Shown piece after piece: positions 21,080 to 30,555 of a stretch of 64,000 bases of DNA. Origin of the DNA: an uncultured Actinomycetota bacterium. GTDB taxonomy: Bacteria; Actinomycetota; Humimicrobiia; Humimicrobiales; Humimicrobiaceae. The notes beneath the pieces are model-generated. The model saw only the letters and a list, made by a program, of their open reading frames with translations, was not told where the DNA came from and ran no database searches. The translations under genes were made by a program, and so were the position numbers. The stretch's first letter is position 1, and each line of letters begins with the position of its first letter. The stretch is from assembly GCA_964517765.1 (NCBI GenBank), contig CAZFEN010000002.1, positions 7,568-71,567 on the forward strand. The letters are read 5' to 3'.

Positions 21080-23893
21080 TCATCCTATATTTATGGTGAT
21101 TGTGGAACCATAATTCAGATATTCCCCGGCAGCAGGAGTCTGCTTCACAACATTTCCTACAGACGCAGGATCAGGAAGTATTTCAACTATAAATCCCAGA
21201 TCCTCAAGTTCGAGCATTCCATCTTCTTTTGTCATTCCTGTGACATCCGGTACTTCTATGCCCTTGCTGATTTTAATGGTGATTTCAAGTAGTTTATCAT
21301 AAATCGTACCACTGACCGGATCCTGTAAGAAAACAAGATCTTTTTCTTCTTCACTCTCTTCAAGAATAACTGTGACATTTTCAAAACCGGCATTTAAAAG
21401 TGCACTGGTAGCTTCTTCGGATGTCATTCCAATTAAATCAGGGGTCACGGATTGTGGATCCTCGCCCTTGCTGATATATAAAACAACTATTGCGGATTTT
21501 GTAACTATAGAACCCTGAGCAGGAGTCTGATTGGTAATATAACCCGATAATAGAGTATCACTGAATTCATATATTATACTATTGACAACAAGACCAAAGC
21601 TTTTTATAACCTGTTCGGCACCTTTCAGATCCATTCCTATGAGTCCGGGCATAGTAAAGGTCGCCTGACCCTTACTTACATAAAGAGTGATGCCTGGTTT
21701 TTCTCCCTTCAGCGATTCCAGAATGGTACCTGCTTCCGGACTTTGTTTGAAAACAGAATTCAGGTTAAATATTTCATCAAAATCATAAATCTCTTCTACT
21801 ACGAAATTTAAACTTTCCAACAATGTTCTTGCTTCATCTATGTTCGATCCAATGACATTGGGGACTTCTATTTTGTTATGTATATTACAGATATCTTCGG
21901 GTTCTTCTCCTTTTATGTATATATTCCATCGTATGGATTCTTTTGGGCACCAAAAAGTGGCAAGCAGGTTGGACTCGGTACAGATTTCAATATCTATAAG
22001 TTCTTTATCCGGTTTATCAAAATCAGAAACAGGTACATCTTCCACTGCTGCCATCATAAATTCTCTCCATACATCAGCAGGATAAGACCCTCCAACAACT
22101 ATTCTGCCATTTATGGCTTCTATGGGCCTATTATCAAGGTTACCCATCCAGACCACTGTTACAAGTTCCGGGGTATATCCTGCAAACCAGGCGTCTCTGA
22201 GGTCACTTGTGGTGCCTGTTTTACCCGCAGCCGGTCTTCCTATATTGGCACCCCTGCCCGTACCACTTTCTATGACTTTACTTAATATCTGAGTAATACG
22301 ATAGGCGATAGGTTCCTCAAGAACTCTGTGGTTTGATTCGTTTTCTTCTGGTTCATACTCATATAATATATTACCTTCAGAATCAGTTATCTTTAAGATA
22401 CTTACTGGCTGGCGATAAAATCCACCCGAAGCAAGGGTGGAAAAAATCTTGCTTACATCAAGAGGAGTTATACCTGTTTCCAACCCTCCAAGGGCAATTG
22501 CCGGATTATTGCCGATATCATAAATTTCCATTTCACTGCATAGATTCTCGACATTTTCTGCTCCGACTTCCATCATCAGCTGTGCATAGACTACATTTAC
22601 GGAATTTATCGTACCGTCCACAATCGACATCTGGTCGATATCAAACTTCTGACCTCCGTAATTTTCAACCTGCCAGTCCGGTCCTTCTGCCATATCTATT
22701 ATGATTGGTCCATTTGGATTAAATGTATTATTCGGAGAAATATTCTGTCTTATGGCTTCCATCAGAACAGGTACCTTAAATACTGAACCGGGTTGCCTTT
22801 TACCCTGTATTGCAATGTTGAATTTACTGGTATCATAATTTTTTCCGCCAATAAGGGCATAGATATATCCATTTTCAGGATCAGTACTGACCAGGCAATA
22901 AGAAGGTTCTATATCTTCGGGAAAAACTTTTTTAAATGCATTTTCAGCTTTTTCCTGCAGATCGATATCAAGCGTTGTGTAAATACGGAGTCCTCCTTTG
23001 AATACATCGTAATCTGTAAATTTTTGATCGTATAGATTACGTTTTACGTAATCTATAAAATACGGAGCGATTCTTCCGGCATTATCCTGATCTGTACTAA
23101 CAATCGAACTTTCATTCAATATTATCGGTTCGGCCAGAGCATTAAGATATTCGGATGTTTCTATCAATTTTTGTTCATACATCAGCTGCAGAACGAGGTC
23201 TCTTCTCGATTTTGCTTTTTCCATATTATTGAATGGCGAATATATCTCGGGTGCCCTTAAGAGACCTGCAAGCAGGGCTGATTCGGGAAGGTTAAGCTCA
23301 CTGGCATTCTTGCCAAAATATATTTCCGAAGCTTTCTCGATTCCGTATGCACCGGATCCGAAATTTATTGTATTCATATACATTTCCAGAATTTTATTTT
23401 TTGTATAATTTCTTTCAAGCTGAATCGCAATCAGAGCTTCATTAATTTTCCTTCTAAAAGTCTTCTCAGGACTGAAGTATATATTTTTGACATACTGCTG
23501 TGTTATCGTACTGGCACCCTGTTCCCATTCGCCGGATCTTATATCGGTAATAAATGCTCCGATAATTCTTCTGTAATCTACTCCCTGATGTTCAAAAAAT
23601 CTTTTATCTTCGATAGCTACTATTGCATCCTTTATATAATCGGTCATTTTATTAAATGAAATGATCTCTCTATTTTCCTCGGCATGAAACTCGGTGACCA
23701 AACTGCCATCCAGAGCATAGACCTTGGAAGTCTCGGCAATAGGTGACGGCGTAAGTTCTTCGAGTGTGGGCAGGGAATTTACGTAATATATAACAAGTAC
23801 CAGACCTATAACTACAATTATTGAAATTATTATAGCAACTGTGATAAAAAATATTTTTAGAAATCTTCTTACTTTTTTACGATTTACAGCCAT
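21080..23893 (-). CDS. Class A penicillin-binding protein (glycosyltransferase + transpeptidase) with four C-terminal PASTA repeats
   Basis: N-terminal TM helix; GT51 motifs (EDKRFFEHQGVD, RQPGSVFK = SxxK); C-terminal repeats of the form (V/T)P(N/D)(V/L)IG(M/S)…A…L…GF. Confidence 0.85.
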   Translation of the reverse strand: MAVNRKKVRRFLKIFFITVAIIISIIVVIGLVLVIYYVNSLPTLEELTPSPIAETSKVYALDGSLVTEFHAEENREIISFNKMTDYIKDAIVAIEDKRFFEHQGVDYRRIIGAFITDIRSGEWEQGASTITQQYVKNIYFSPEKTFRRKINEALIAIQLERNYTKNKILEMYMNTINFGSGAYGIEKASEIYFGKNASELNLPESALLAGLLRAPEIYSPFNNMEKAKSRRDLVLQLMYEQKLIETSEYLNALAEPIILNESSIVSTDQDNAGRIAPYFIDYVKRNLYDQKFTDYDVFKGGLRIYTTLDIDLQEKAENAFKKVFPEDIEPSYCLVSTDPENGYIYALIGGKNYDTSKFNIAIQGKRQPGSVFKVPVLMEAIRQNISPNNTFNPNGPIIIDMAEGPDWQVENYGGQKFDIDQMSIVDGTINSVNVVYAQLMMEVGAENVENLCSEMEIYDIGNNPAIALGGLETGITPLDVSKIFSTLASGGFYRQPVSILKITDSEGNILYEYEPEENESNHRVLEEPIAYRITQILSKVIESGTGRGANIGRPAAGKTGTTSDLRDAWFAGYTPELVTVVWMGNLDNRPIEAINGRIVVGGSYPADVWREFMMAAVEDVPVSDFDKPDKELIDIEICTESNLLATFWCPKESIRWNIYIKGEEPEDICNIHNKIEVPNVIGSNIDEARTLLESLNFVVEEIYDFDEIFNLNSVFKQSPEAGTILESLKGEKPGITLYVSKGQATFTMPGLIGMDLKGAEQVIKSFGLVVNSIIYEFSDTLLSGYITNQTPAQGSIVTKSAIVVLYISKGEDPQSVTPDLIGMTSEEATSALLNAGFENVTVILEESEEEKDLVFLQDPVSGTIYDKLLEITIKISKGIEVPDVTGMTKEDGMLELEDLGFIVEILPDPASVGNVVKQTPAAGEYLNYGSTITINIG

Positions 23894-24109
23894 ATCCGAT
23901 CATTCGCTTTCAATATGATCCCTTACTATTACTTATGGAATTTTATATAAAAACCAGTCAAATAACAATATACCGAATTTCTTAATAAGGATATAATTCA
24001 GACTTTTTCCTGTTTTTATAAGATTACCTAAAAATTTATGGATTACTTTAAATAGACATATATGCAATTATTATGTTAATATTTATTTTGATTTTTCAAT
24101 CATTAAATA

Positions 24110-25363
24110 TTGGACGGAAAGCGAGACATGGAAAAAAATTTACAGAAACAATTGGATGTGATTATATCGGGTACCGAGGATATTTTAATTAAAGAAGATC
24201 TGAAACCCATAATACAAAAATCCATAAAAGAGAATAAACCCTTAAAAGTCAAATTAGGGCTCGATCCGACAGCTCCAGACATTCATCTGGGACACACAGT
24301 TGTTTTGAATAAACTACGACAGTTCCAGAATTTGGGTCATAAAGCTATCCTGATTATAGGAGATTACACTGTAAGGATAGGTGATCCTTCGGGAAGGTCA
24401 ACTCTCAGGCCCAGATTATCTCCGGCGGCTATAGAAAAAAATGCCAGAACTTATATGGATCAAGCCTTTAGGATCCTTATACCGGAAAAAACCGAAGTAT
24501 TAAAAAATTCTAAATGGCTTCAAAATTTAAGATTCGATGATATATTGGATCTGACATCAAGATTCACGGTTGCACGGATGCTGGAAAGAGATGACTTTAA
24601 AAAGAGATATAAGAGCAATGCACCTATTGCAATAATGGAATTTTTTTATCCGATAATGCAGGCATATGATTCGCTTGCCATAGAAGCTGATATAGAATTA
24701 GGGGGAACCGATCAGAGGTTTAATCTGCTGATGGGAAGGGAGCTTCAAAAAGAATTCTCTCAGAGACCACAGATAGCTATTACTATGCCTATTTTAGTGG
24801 GTACTGATGGAACCGAGAAGATGAGTAAGAGTCTGGGTAATTACATAGGAGTATATGAGCATCCACGGGATATTTTTGGCAAGATAATGTCTATCCCTGA
24901 TAATATCATGATAGATTACTTCAGGTTATTAACCGGACTGGCCAGTGAAGAAATCAAAGAAATTGAAAATAACATAAAAACCGATAAATTAAATCCATCC
25001 ATAGCTAAAAGAAAACTGGCAAGAATAATAATAGAAAACCTTTATACGAAAAATGATTCTTTAAAAGCAGAAGAATACTTTGATTTAATCTTCAAAAAAA
25101 AGAAAACTCCCGATAAAATCGATAAATATATTATAGACCCGGCAGAATTAAAAGATAAAATAATAAGCCTGGTTCAATTACTGGTAGGTTCCGGTCTGGT
25201 TAAATCCAATGGTGAAGCAAGGAGACTGGTTTCTCAGGGGGCAGTAAAAATCGACGATAAAAAAATCGATGACCCCAATATGGAATTTGATTTAATCAAT
25301 ATAGATAAAAAAGTTATCCAGAAGGGTAAAAGGTACTTCAAAAAAATAATAATCAAATATTAA
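24110..25363 (+). CDS. tyrS: Tyrosine--tRNA ligase. The start is either TTG 24110 or ATG 24128.
   Basis: HIGH-type motif DIHLGH, KMSKS motif, C-terminal S4 domain. Confidence 0.9.
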   Translation: MDGKRDMEKNLQKQLDVIISGTEDILIKEDLKPIIQKSIKENKPLKVKLGLDPTAPDIHLGHTVVLNKLRQFQNLGHKAILIIGDYTVRIGDPSGRSTLRPRLSPAAIEKNARTYMDQAFRILIPEKTEVLKNSKWLQNLRFDDILDLTSRFTVARMLERDDFKKRYKSNAPIAIMEFFYPIMQAYDSLAIEADIELGGTDQRFNLLMGRELQKEFSQRPQIAITMPILVGTDGTEKMSKSLGNYIGVYEHPRDIFGKIMSIPDNIMIDYFRLLTGLASEEIKEIENNIKTDKLNPSIAKRKLARIIIENLYTKNDSLKAEEYFDLIFKKKKTPDKIDKYIIDPAELKDKIISLVQLLVGSGLVKSNGEARRLVSQGAVKIDDKKIDDPNMEFDLINIDKKVIQKGKRYFKKIIIKY

Positions 25364-25365
25364 GC

Positions 25366-25707
25366 ATGCATGAGTATTCCATAACATGTTCCATTATCGA
25401 AATATTATATGATTTAATAAAAAAACATAATATTAAAAAGGTAAAAAAAGTTAGTTTTGAAATAAGTCCTCTGGCTCACATAGAACCCCAATCGATTGAA
25501 TTCTATTATAATTTTATGACAAAAGAAGATAAGATCCTGAAAGGCGCCGGTCTTAAATTCAAAAAAGGCAAAATAAAATTAGAATGCAGAACCTGCGGAA
25601 AATTTTTTACTTCTGAAACCTTAATCTTAAATTGCATTTATTGTTCCGGAGAAAAAATAAAAGCTGTAGACATTGATGACATAAAAATTATCTCAATAGA
25701 GGCGTAA
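25366..25707 (+). CDS. hypA: Hydrogenase/urease nickel-incorporation metallochaperone HypA-like
   Basis: MHEYSI N-terminus (Ni site) and a CxxC…CxxC zinc knuckle (CRTCGKFF…CIYCSG). 113 aa. Confidence 0.7.
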   Translation: MHEYSITCSIIEILYDLIKKHNIKKVKKVSFEISPLAHIEPQSIEFYYNFMTKEDKILKGAGLKFKKGKIKLECRTCGKFFTSETLILNCIYCSGEKIKAVDIDDIKIISIEA

Positions 25708-26160
25708 TACAATTTTTTGATAAAAACAATCTATTACTGCAGACAATCAGGTTAAATTGTATTGACTTAAACCGATGCTATAGTTAAAATAAAAACGTTT
25801 ATTAATAAAATTATTTGATTTATAAGTTAGCTTGCACTTGTTTTTTAGAAATCTTATTAGCGGTCTAAAAAAGATTTTAAAGTAAAAGAAAATTAACGGA
25901 TTTTTTAAGTAAAGATATTAAAGTAGTGATTTTACAGTGCTAATGATAGATTTAATGAGGAAAATCAAGGCGGAAAGTGATTTAAATATACTTAATAAAA
26001 CATTTACATAATTAGTGGCATTTAATTATTCCATTTAATAGTCTGGTTTATTATACAAAGATAATTATTAGGTATATTCGATTTTAAAACTAAATAGTGC
26101 AAATTGATTTATAGGTCGGGTGATTAACTCGACTTTTTTTTTGGAAGGAAGGTTTATAAA

Positions 26161-27702
26161 ATGGATCTGTTAATAAAAATAGTTTCGCTGGGAATTGCGA
26201 TAATAATAGGCTTTGTAGTAGGATTCTTTTTCCGAAAATATATCATTGATTCAAAGTTAAGCTCGGCTGAGCAAAAAGCAAATCTTATGCTTAACAATGC
26301 TAAAAAAGAGGCTCAGACTTTAAAAAAAGAAATACTTCTTGAAGGTAAAGAGGATATTCAAAATTTAAAGACACATTCCGAAGAGGAAATCAAAAAACAG
26401 AGATTCGAAATTAGAAAGATGGAAGACAGGCTGCAGGGCAGAGAAGACTCTATCGAAAAAAAGGCACATTACCTGGAAAAGAAAGAACAGGATATAAATC
26501 AAAAAAAAGAAGAATTTGAAATCAAAAATAAGAAATTAGATGAAATACTGGATAAAGAAATACTAAGACTTGAAGCTATTGCCGAACTAACAAAAGAGGA
26601 GGCAAAAGCGATCCTGATAAAAAAAATAGAAGAAGAAGCGAGGTATGAGTCGGCAAAAGAGATTAGAAACATAGAGACAAGGCTGAAAGAAGATGCTGAT
26701 ACCCTGGCAAAGAAGATAATCTCTCAGGCCATACAGAGATGTGCCCTTGATCATGTAAGTGAGACTACTGTATCGGTTGTAAATTTACCCAATGACGAGA
26801 TGAAAGGAAGGATAATAGGAAGAGAGGGGAGAAACATAAGAGTTTTCGAAAATCTTACAGGAATAAACTTAATCGTGGACGATACTCCCGAAGCCGTAAT
26901 ATTGTCTTCTTTTGATCCTGTAAGAAGAGAAATTGCAAGGGTGACACTTGAAAACCTAATAATGGATGGAAGAATTCACCCTGCCAGAATCGAAGAAATG
27001 TATGAAAAAGCAAGCAAGATCATAAATAACGAAATCAAGGTGGAGGGAGAACAGACAGTTTTTGATGCAGGAATATCTGAAATAAATCCAGGGATCGTAA
27101 AAGTACTTGGAAGATTGAAATACAGAACCAGTTATGGCCAGAACGTACTGCTGCATTCAAAAGAAGTAGCCTATGTTGCAGGCGTGATTGCATCGGAACT
27201 TGGGATGAATGTAAAAAAGGCAAAGAGAGCAGGATTACTTCACGATATAGGTAAGGCTCTGACACATGATATAGAAGGATCACATGCAATAATCGGTGCC
27301 GAACTTGCTAAAAGACTTCATGAAGATGAAGAGATATGTCATGCAATCGAATCTCATCATAATGAAGTTGAAGCTAACTCGGTATTGGATGTGATCATAC
27401 AGGCAGCCGATCAGATATCAGGCGGAAGACCGGGTGCAAGAAGAGAAACACTTGAAAGCTACGTAAAAAGGCTTGAAAGTCTTGAAAAAATTGCAACAGA
27501 ATTCAAGGGAATCGAAAAAGCTTATGCAATACAGGCCGGAAGAGAAATAAGAGTCATGGTAAAACCCGAAGAAGTCAATGAAGAGATGTCTCTTGTTCTG
27601 GCTAAAGAAATAGCAAAAGAAATAGAAAAAGAAATGGAGTACCCCGGACAAATAAAGGTGACTGTTATCAGAGAAAGCAGAGCAGTCGAATATGCAAAAT
27701 AA
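26161..27702 (+). CDS. rny: Ribonuclease Y
   Basis: N-terminal TM helix, coiled coil, KH domain, HD domain (LLHDIGKA). Confidence 0.9.
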   Translation: MDLLIKIVSLGIAIIIGFVVGFFFRKYIIDSKLSSAEQKANLMLNNAKKEAQTLKKEILLEGKEDIQNLKTHSEEEIKKQRFEIRKMEDRLQGREDSIEKKAHYLEKKEQDINQKKEEFEIKNKKLDEILDKEILRLEAIAELTKEEAKAILIKKIEEEARYESAKEIRNIETRLKEDADTLAKKIISQAIQRCALDHVSETTVSVVNLPNDEMKGRIIGREGRNIRVFENLTGINLIVDDTPEAVILSSFDPVRREIARVTLENLIMDGRIHPARIEEMYEKASKIINNEIKVEGEQTVFDAGISEINPGIVKVLGRLKYRTSYGQNVLLHSKEVAYVAGVIASELGMNVKKAKRAGLLHDIGKALTHDIEGSHAIIGAELAKRLHEDEEICHAIESHHNEVEANSVLDVIIQAADQISGGRPGARRETLESYVKRLESLEKIATEFKGIEKAYAIQAGREIRVMVKPEEVNEEMSLVLAKEIAKEIEKEMEYPGQIKVTVIRESRAVEYAK

Positions 27703-28843
27703 CTCCGATTTAAAAAAATTCCTGTCTGAATTAAATATAAAGGATTCACTTAACGTCGAGGAGGATCTGGGGAACGGATATGTCAGACTGAAAATTTCCG
27801 AAGCCGAGAGGAGACAGGCGCTTCAGGATATAAATAGCGTTGAAGATATAATTGTAGAGATGATCCGCAACAGCAGGGATGCCGGCAGCAGTAATATATT
27901 TATCGGAACAAAAAAAATAGAAGACAAAAGAAGAAAAATATATTTTATAGATGACGGCGGTGGTATCCCTCCTAACCTGCAGAATCTCATTTTTGAATCA
28001 AGAGTGACTTCCAAACTTGAAAACGGCATAAAAGATCCTTACGGATTTCACGGCAGGGGAATGGCATTATTCTCAATAAAATTAAGTGTTGATGATATAA
28101 AAATAATATTTTCCGAAAAGTCAAAAGGTGCGTCTTTTTATATAGACATAGATTTAACGAAAATTCCTGAAAAGAAAGATCAATCGTTGATGCCTCAGAT
28201 AATCAAAACAGATGGAAATTTAAACATTATCGGCGGTGTAAATAATATAATAAAAACTATAATAGAGTTTCAGCTTCAAAACAGAGAAATCAACTTTTTT
28301 TTCGGAAGCCCAACTCAGATACTTTCAACAATGCGGGAAATTTCAAGAAAAGACTTAAAGAAAAATAATTATCCTGAATTTGACGAGTGGGAAAAATTAA
28401 TTAAATTCATACAAAAAAATAATATAAAAGTAACCGAAATTCCCATACTTACCGATAATTATACGGTGATGGAGATTATCTCTAAAAACATTTTCAATAT
28501 GGATATATCGCAGAGAGGTATTCAGAGAATCATATATAATGAAATAAAAGCGCTTGAACCTCTTAAAATTGATTCAGATAATGACCTGAAGGTTCCTCCG
28601 GTAAGCAGAAATTCCGATAAAGATAATGAAAGCAAAACGTCTGATAAGAAGCTTTTACTCTATGATGAATCCAAATTGGCAAGCAGGTTTAAAGATGACG
28701 AGATTAGATGTATAATTAAAGCCGCAAAAGACAAGATAAGAGAATTAGGAGATAAATATTTCGTTACTACCGGAGAGAACATAGAATATAAAAAGGCAAA
28801 TAATATTATAAAAATATCGATCGAACTGAAGCAAAAAGAATAA
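27692..28843 (+). CDS. GHKL (Bergerat-fold) ATPase-domain protein; N-terminal MutL/Hsp90-like ATPase followed by a ~240-aa uncharacterised C-terminal region
   Basis: Motif I EMIRNSRDAG (compare MutL ELVENSLDAG), motif II IDDGGGI, motif III GFHGRGMALFSI. Overlaps the rny stop by 11 nt. Confidence 0.55.
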   Translation: MQNNSDLKKFLSELNIKDSLNVEEDLGNGYVRLKISEAERRQALQDINSVEDIIVEMIRNSRDAGSSNIFIGTKKIEDKRRKIYFIDDGGGIPPNLQNLIFESRVTSKLENGIKDPYGFHGRGMALFSIKLSVDDIKIIFSEKSKGASFYIDIDLTKIPEKKDQSLMPQIIKTDGNLNIIGGVNNIIKTIIEFQLQNREINFFFGSPTQILSTMREISRKDLKKNNYPEFDEWEKLIKFIQKNNIKVTEIPILTDNYTVMEIISKNIFNMDISQRGIQRIIYNEIKALEPLKIDSDNDLKVPPVSRNSDKDNESKTSDKKLLLYDESKLASRFKDDEIRCIIKAAKDKIRELGDKYFVTTGENIEYKKANNIIKISIELKQKE

Positions 28844-28868
28844 AAATTAAAATAGCAATAATAATAAT

Positions 28869-29141
28869 ATGGATAGCAATATTAAATTGCTCAAGGTTTC
28901 TTCAAAATCAAAGCCCAATTCGGTAGCAGGTGCAATTGCAGGGATTATCAGAAGCGAGTCAAGGGTGCAGATCCAGACCATAGGTGCGGGAGCATTGAAC
29001 CAGGCCGTAAAAGGCATAGCAATAGCAAGAGGATTTATAGCTCCTACCGGTCAGGAATTAATATGCATACCTTATTTTAAAGATATAGAAGTGAATGGGG
29101 AAATAAAAACTGCTATCGTTCTTAGTATCGAGTCCAAATAA
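28869..29141 (+). CDS. spoVS: Stage V sporulation protein S family (SpoVS)
   Basis: LKVSSKSKPNSVAGAIAG…IGAGALNQAVKGIAIARGF…LICIP, matching the highly conserved SpoVS core. 90 aa. Confidence 0.8.
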   Translation: MDSNIKLLKVSSKSKPNSVAGAIAGIIRSESRVQIQTIGAGALNQAVKGIAIARGFIAPTGQELICIPYFKDIEVNGEIKTAIVLSIESK

Positions 29142-29213
29142 TTGTTTGAATTATAAGTCCGACACCTTTTAAATTTATATATTCACAATTTTTAAGCAAG
29201 GATATTCATATTT

Positions 29214-30518
29214 ATGAAATTTTATATCGAAACTTTCGGATGCCAGATGAATGAAAATGACACTGAAAGGATCCAGTTTTTACTTGAAAACACCGGACAT
29301 GAGAAGACAGATGATATTTCAGAATCCGATATAATCATCCTTAATACCTGCACCGTTAGAGAAAGCGCAAAAAACAGACAATATGGGCATATAGGAAATT
29401 TAAAGAAAATAAAAAATTTAAAAAAAGATATTCTTATCTGTATAGGCGGGTGCGCTGCTCAGGACCTTAAAGAAAAAATAATCAAAGACTTCCCTTACGT
29501 AGATGTTGTTTTTGGTACACATAATATAGCGGATCTCCCGGACCTTATAAACAGAAGGATTTCAACCGGCAGGAGCATATGTTCCATTAAAGATAATGGA
29601 TTTGATCCTGAGCTTTTTAAAGTAAGAAGGAAGCATAGTTTAAGAGCACTTGTACCAATAACCATTGGCTGTGATAACTACTGCTCATACTGCATTGTAC
29701 CTGCGGTAAGAGGATATGAAAGATCCATAGAAGCAGAAAAAATTCTAAAGAATATCGAAGAACTGGTATCTGATGGGGTAATCGAAGTGACACTTCTGGG
29801 GCAAAATGTAAATTCCTATGGAAAAAATCTAAGGGAACCATGTACATTTCCGGAACTTCTTAGAAAAATATCTGATATAAAAGGCCTTAAAAGAATCAGG
29901 TTTATGACATCACATCCAAAAGACTTCTCCAATGATCTTATAGATGTCATAAAAAACAGAGATAATATTGCAAAGCATATTCATCTGCCCCTACAGGCAG
30001 GATCAGATAAGATTTTAAAAGAGATGAATAGAAATTATACCGAAAAGGACTACACCGGCATTATTGAAAATATAAGAAACAAAATCCCTGATTGTGCAAT
30101 TACTACCGATATAATAGTGGGTTTTCCAGGAGAAGAGAGAGAAGATTTTCTGGATACCCTGGAAATGGTTAGAAAAATAAGGTTCAACAGAGCATTTACT
30201 TTTATATACTCTCCGAGGGCAGGGACCAGAGCTTCTGATATGGAAGACCGCATCCCTCTTGATGAAAAGAAAAAATGGTTCAGGCAGTTACTTGAGGTCC
30301 AGAATACGATATCTTTTGAGGAAAATAATAAGCTTATCGACAGAAAATTTGAAGTATTGGTCGAGGGAAACAGTCCCAAAAATAATGCCCTTCTGGAGGG
30401 AAGAATGGAAAATAACACTATTGTAAATTTCGAAGGTGAAAGCAATCTTATTGGAAAGATAGTTCCGGTTATCATAATAGATGCCAGAACATTTTATGTT
30501 AAGGGGAAACTGGTTTAA
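29214..30518 (+). CDS. miaB: tRNA-i6A37 methylthiotransferase
   Basis: MTTase N-terminal domain (ETFGCQMNE), radical SAM CxxxCxxC (CDNYCSYC), TRAM domain. Confidence 0.9.
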   Translation: MKFYIETFGCQMNENDTERIQFLLENTGHEKTDDISESDIIILNTCTVRESAKNRQYGHIGNLKKIKNLKKDILICIGGCAAQDLKEKIIKDFPYVDVVFGTHNIADLPDLINRRISTGRSICSIKDNGFDPELFKVRRKHSLRALVPITIGCDNYCSYCIVPAVRGYERSIEAEKILKNIEELVSDGVIEVTLLGQNVNSYGKNLREPCTFPELLRKISDIKGLKRIRFMTSHPKDFSNDLIDVIKNRDNIAKHIHLPLQAGSDKILKEMNRNYTEKDYTGIIENIRNKIPDCAITTDIIVGFPGEEREDFLDTLEMVRKIRFNRAFTFIYSPRAGTRASDMEDRIPLDEKKKWFRQLLEVQNTISFEENNKLIDRKFEVLVEGNSPKNNALLEGRMENNTIVNFEGESNLIGKIVPVIIIDARTFYVKGKLV

Positions 30519-30555
30519 TGATATCAATCATAATAATTTTGATAGTATAAATAAA

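Noticed and set aside
23894-24109. Possible T-box leader upstream of tyrS, and upstream of tyrA (53017-53452, minus strand).
   Set aside because: I searched both strands for the T-box core (AAUUAGGGUGGNACCGCG / GGGTGG) and a specifier-loop context and found none. The tyrS upstream gap is also too short at about 215 bp.
25944-26009. 21-codon ORF (MIDLMRKIKAESDLNILNKTFT) in the rny leader as a possible leader peptide.
   Set aside because: It has no RBS and no associated attenuator logic; short ORFs like this are expected by chance.
30481-30555. Long miaA start at 30481 overlapping miaB by 38 nt.
   Set aside because: The conserved MiaA P-loop begins about 60 codons in. The ATG at 30556 gives a more typical N-terminus and avoids the long overlap. 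The shorter call was used with moderate confidence.
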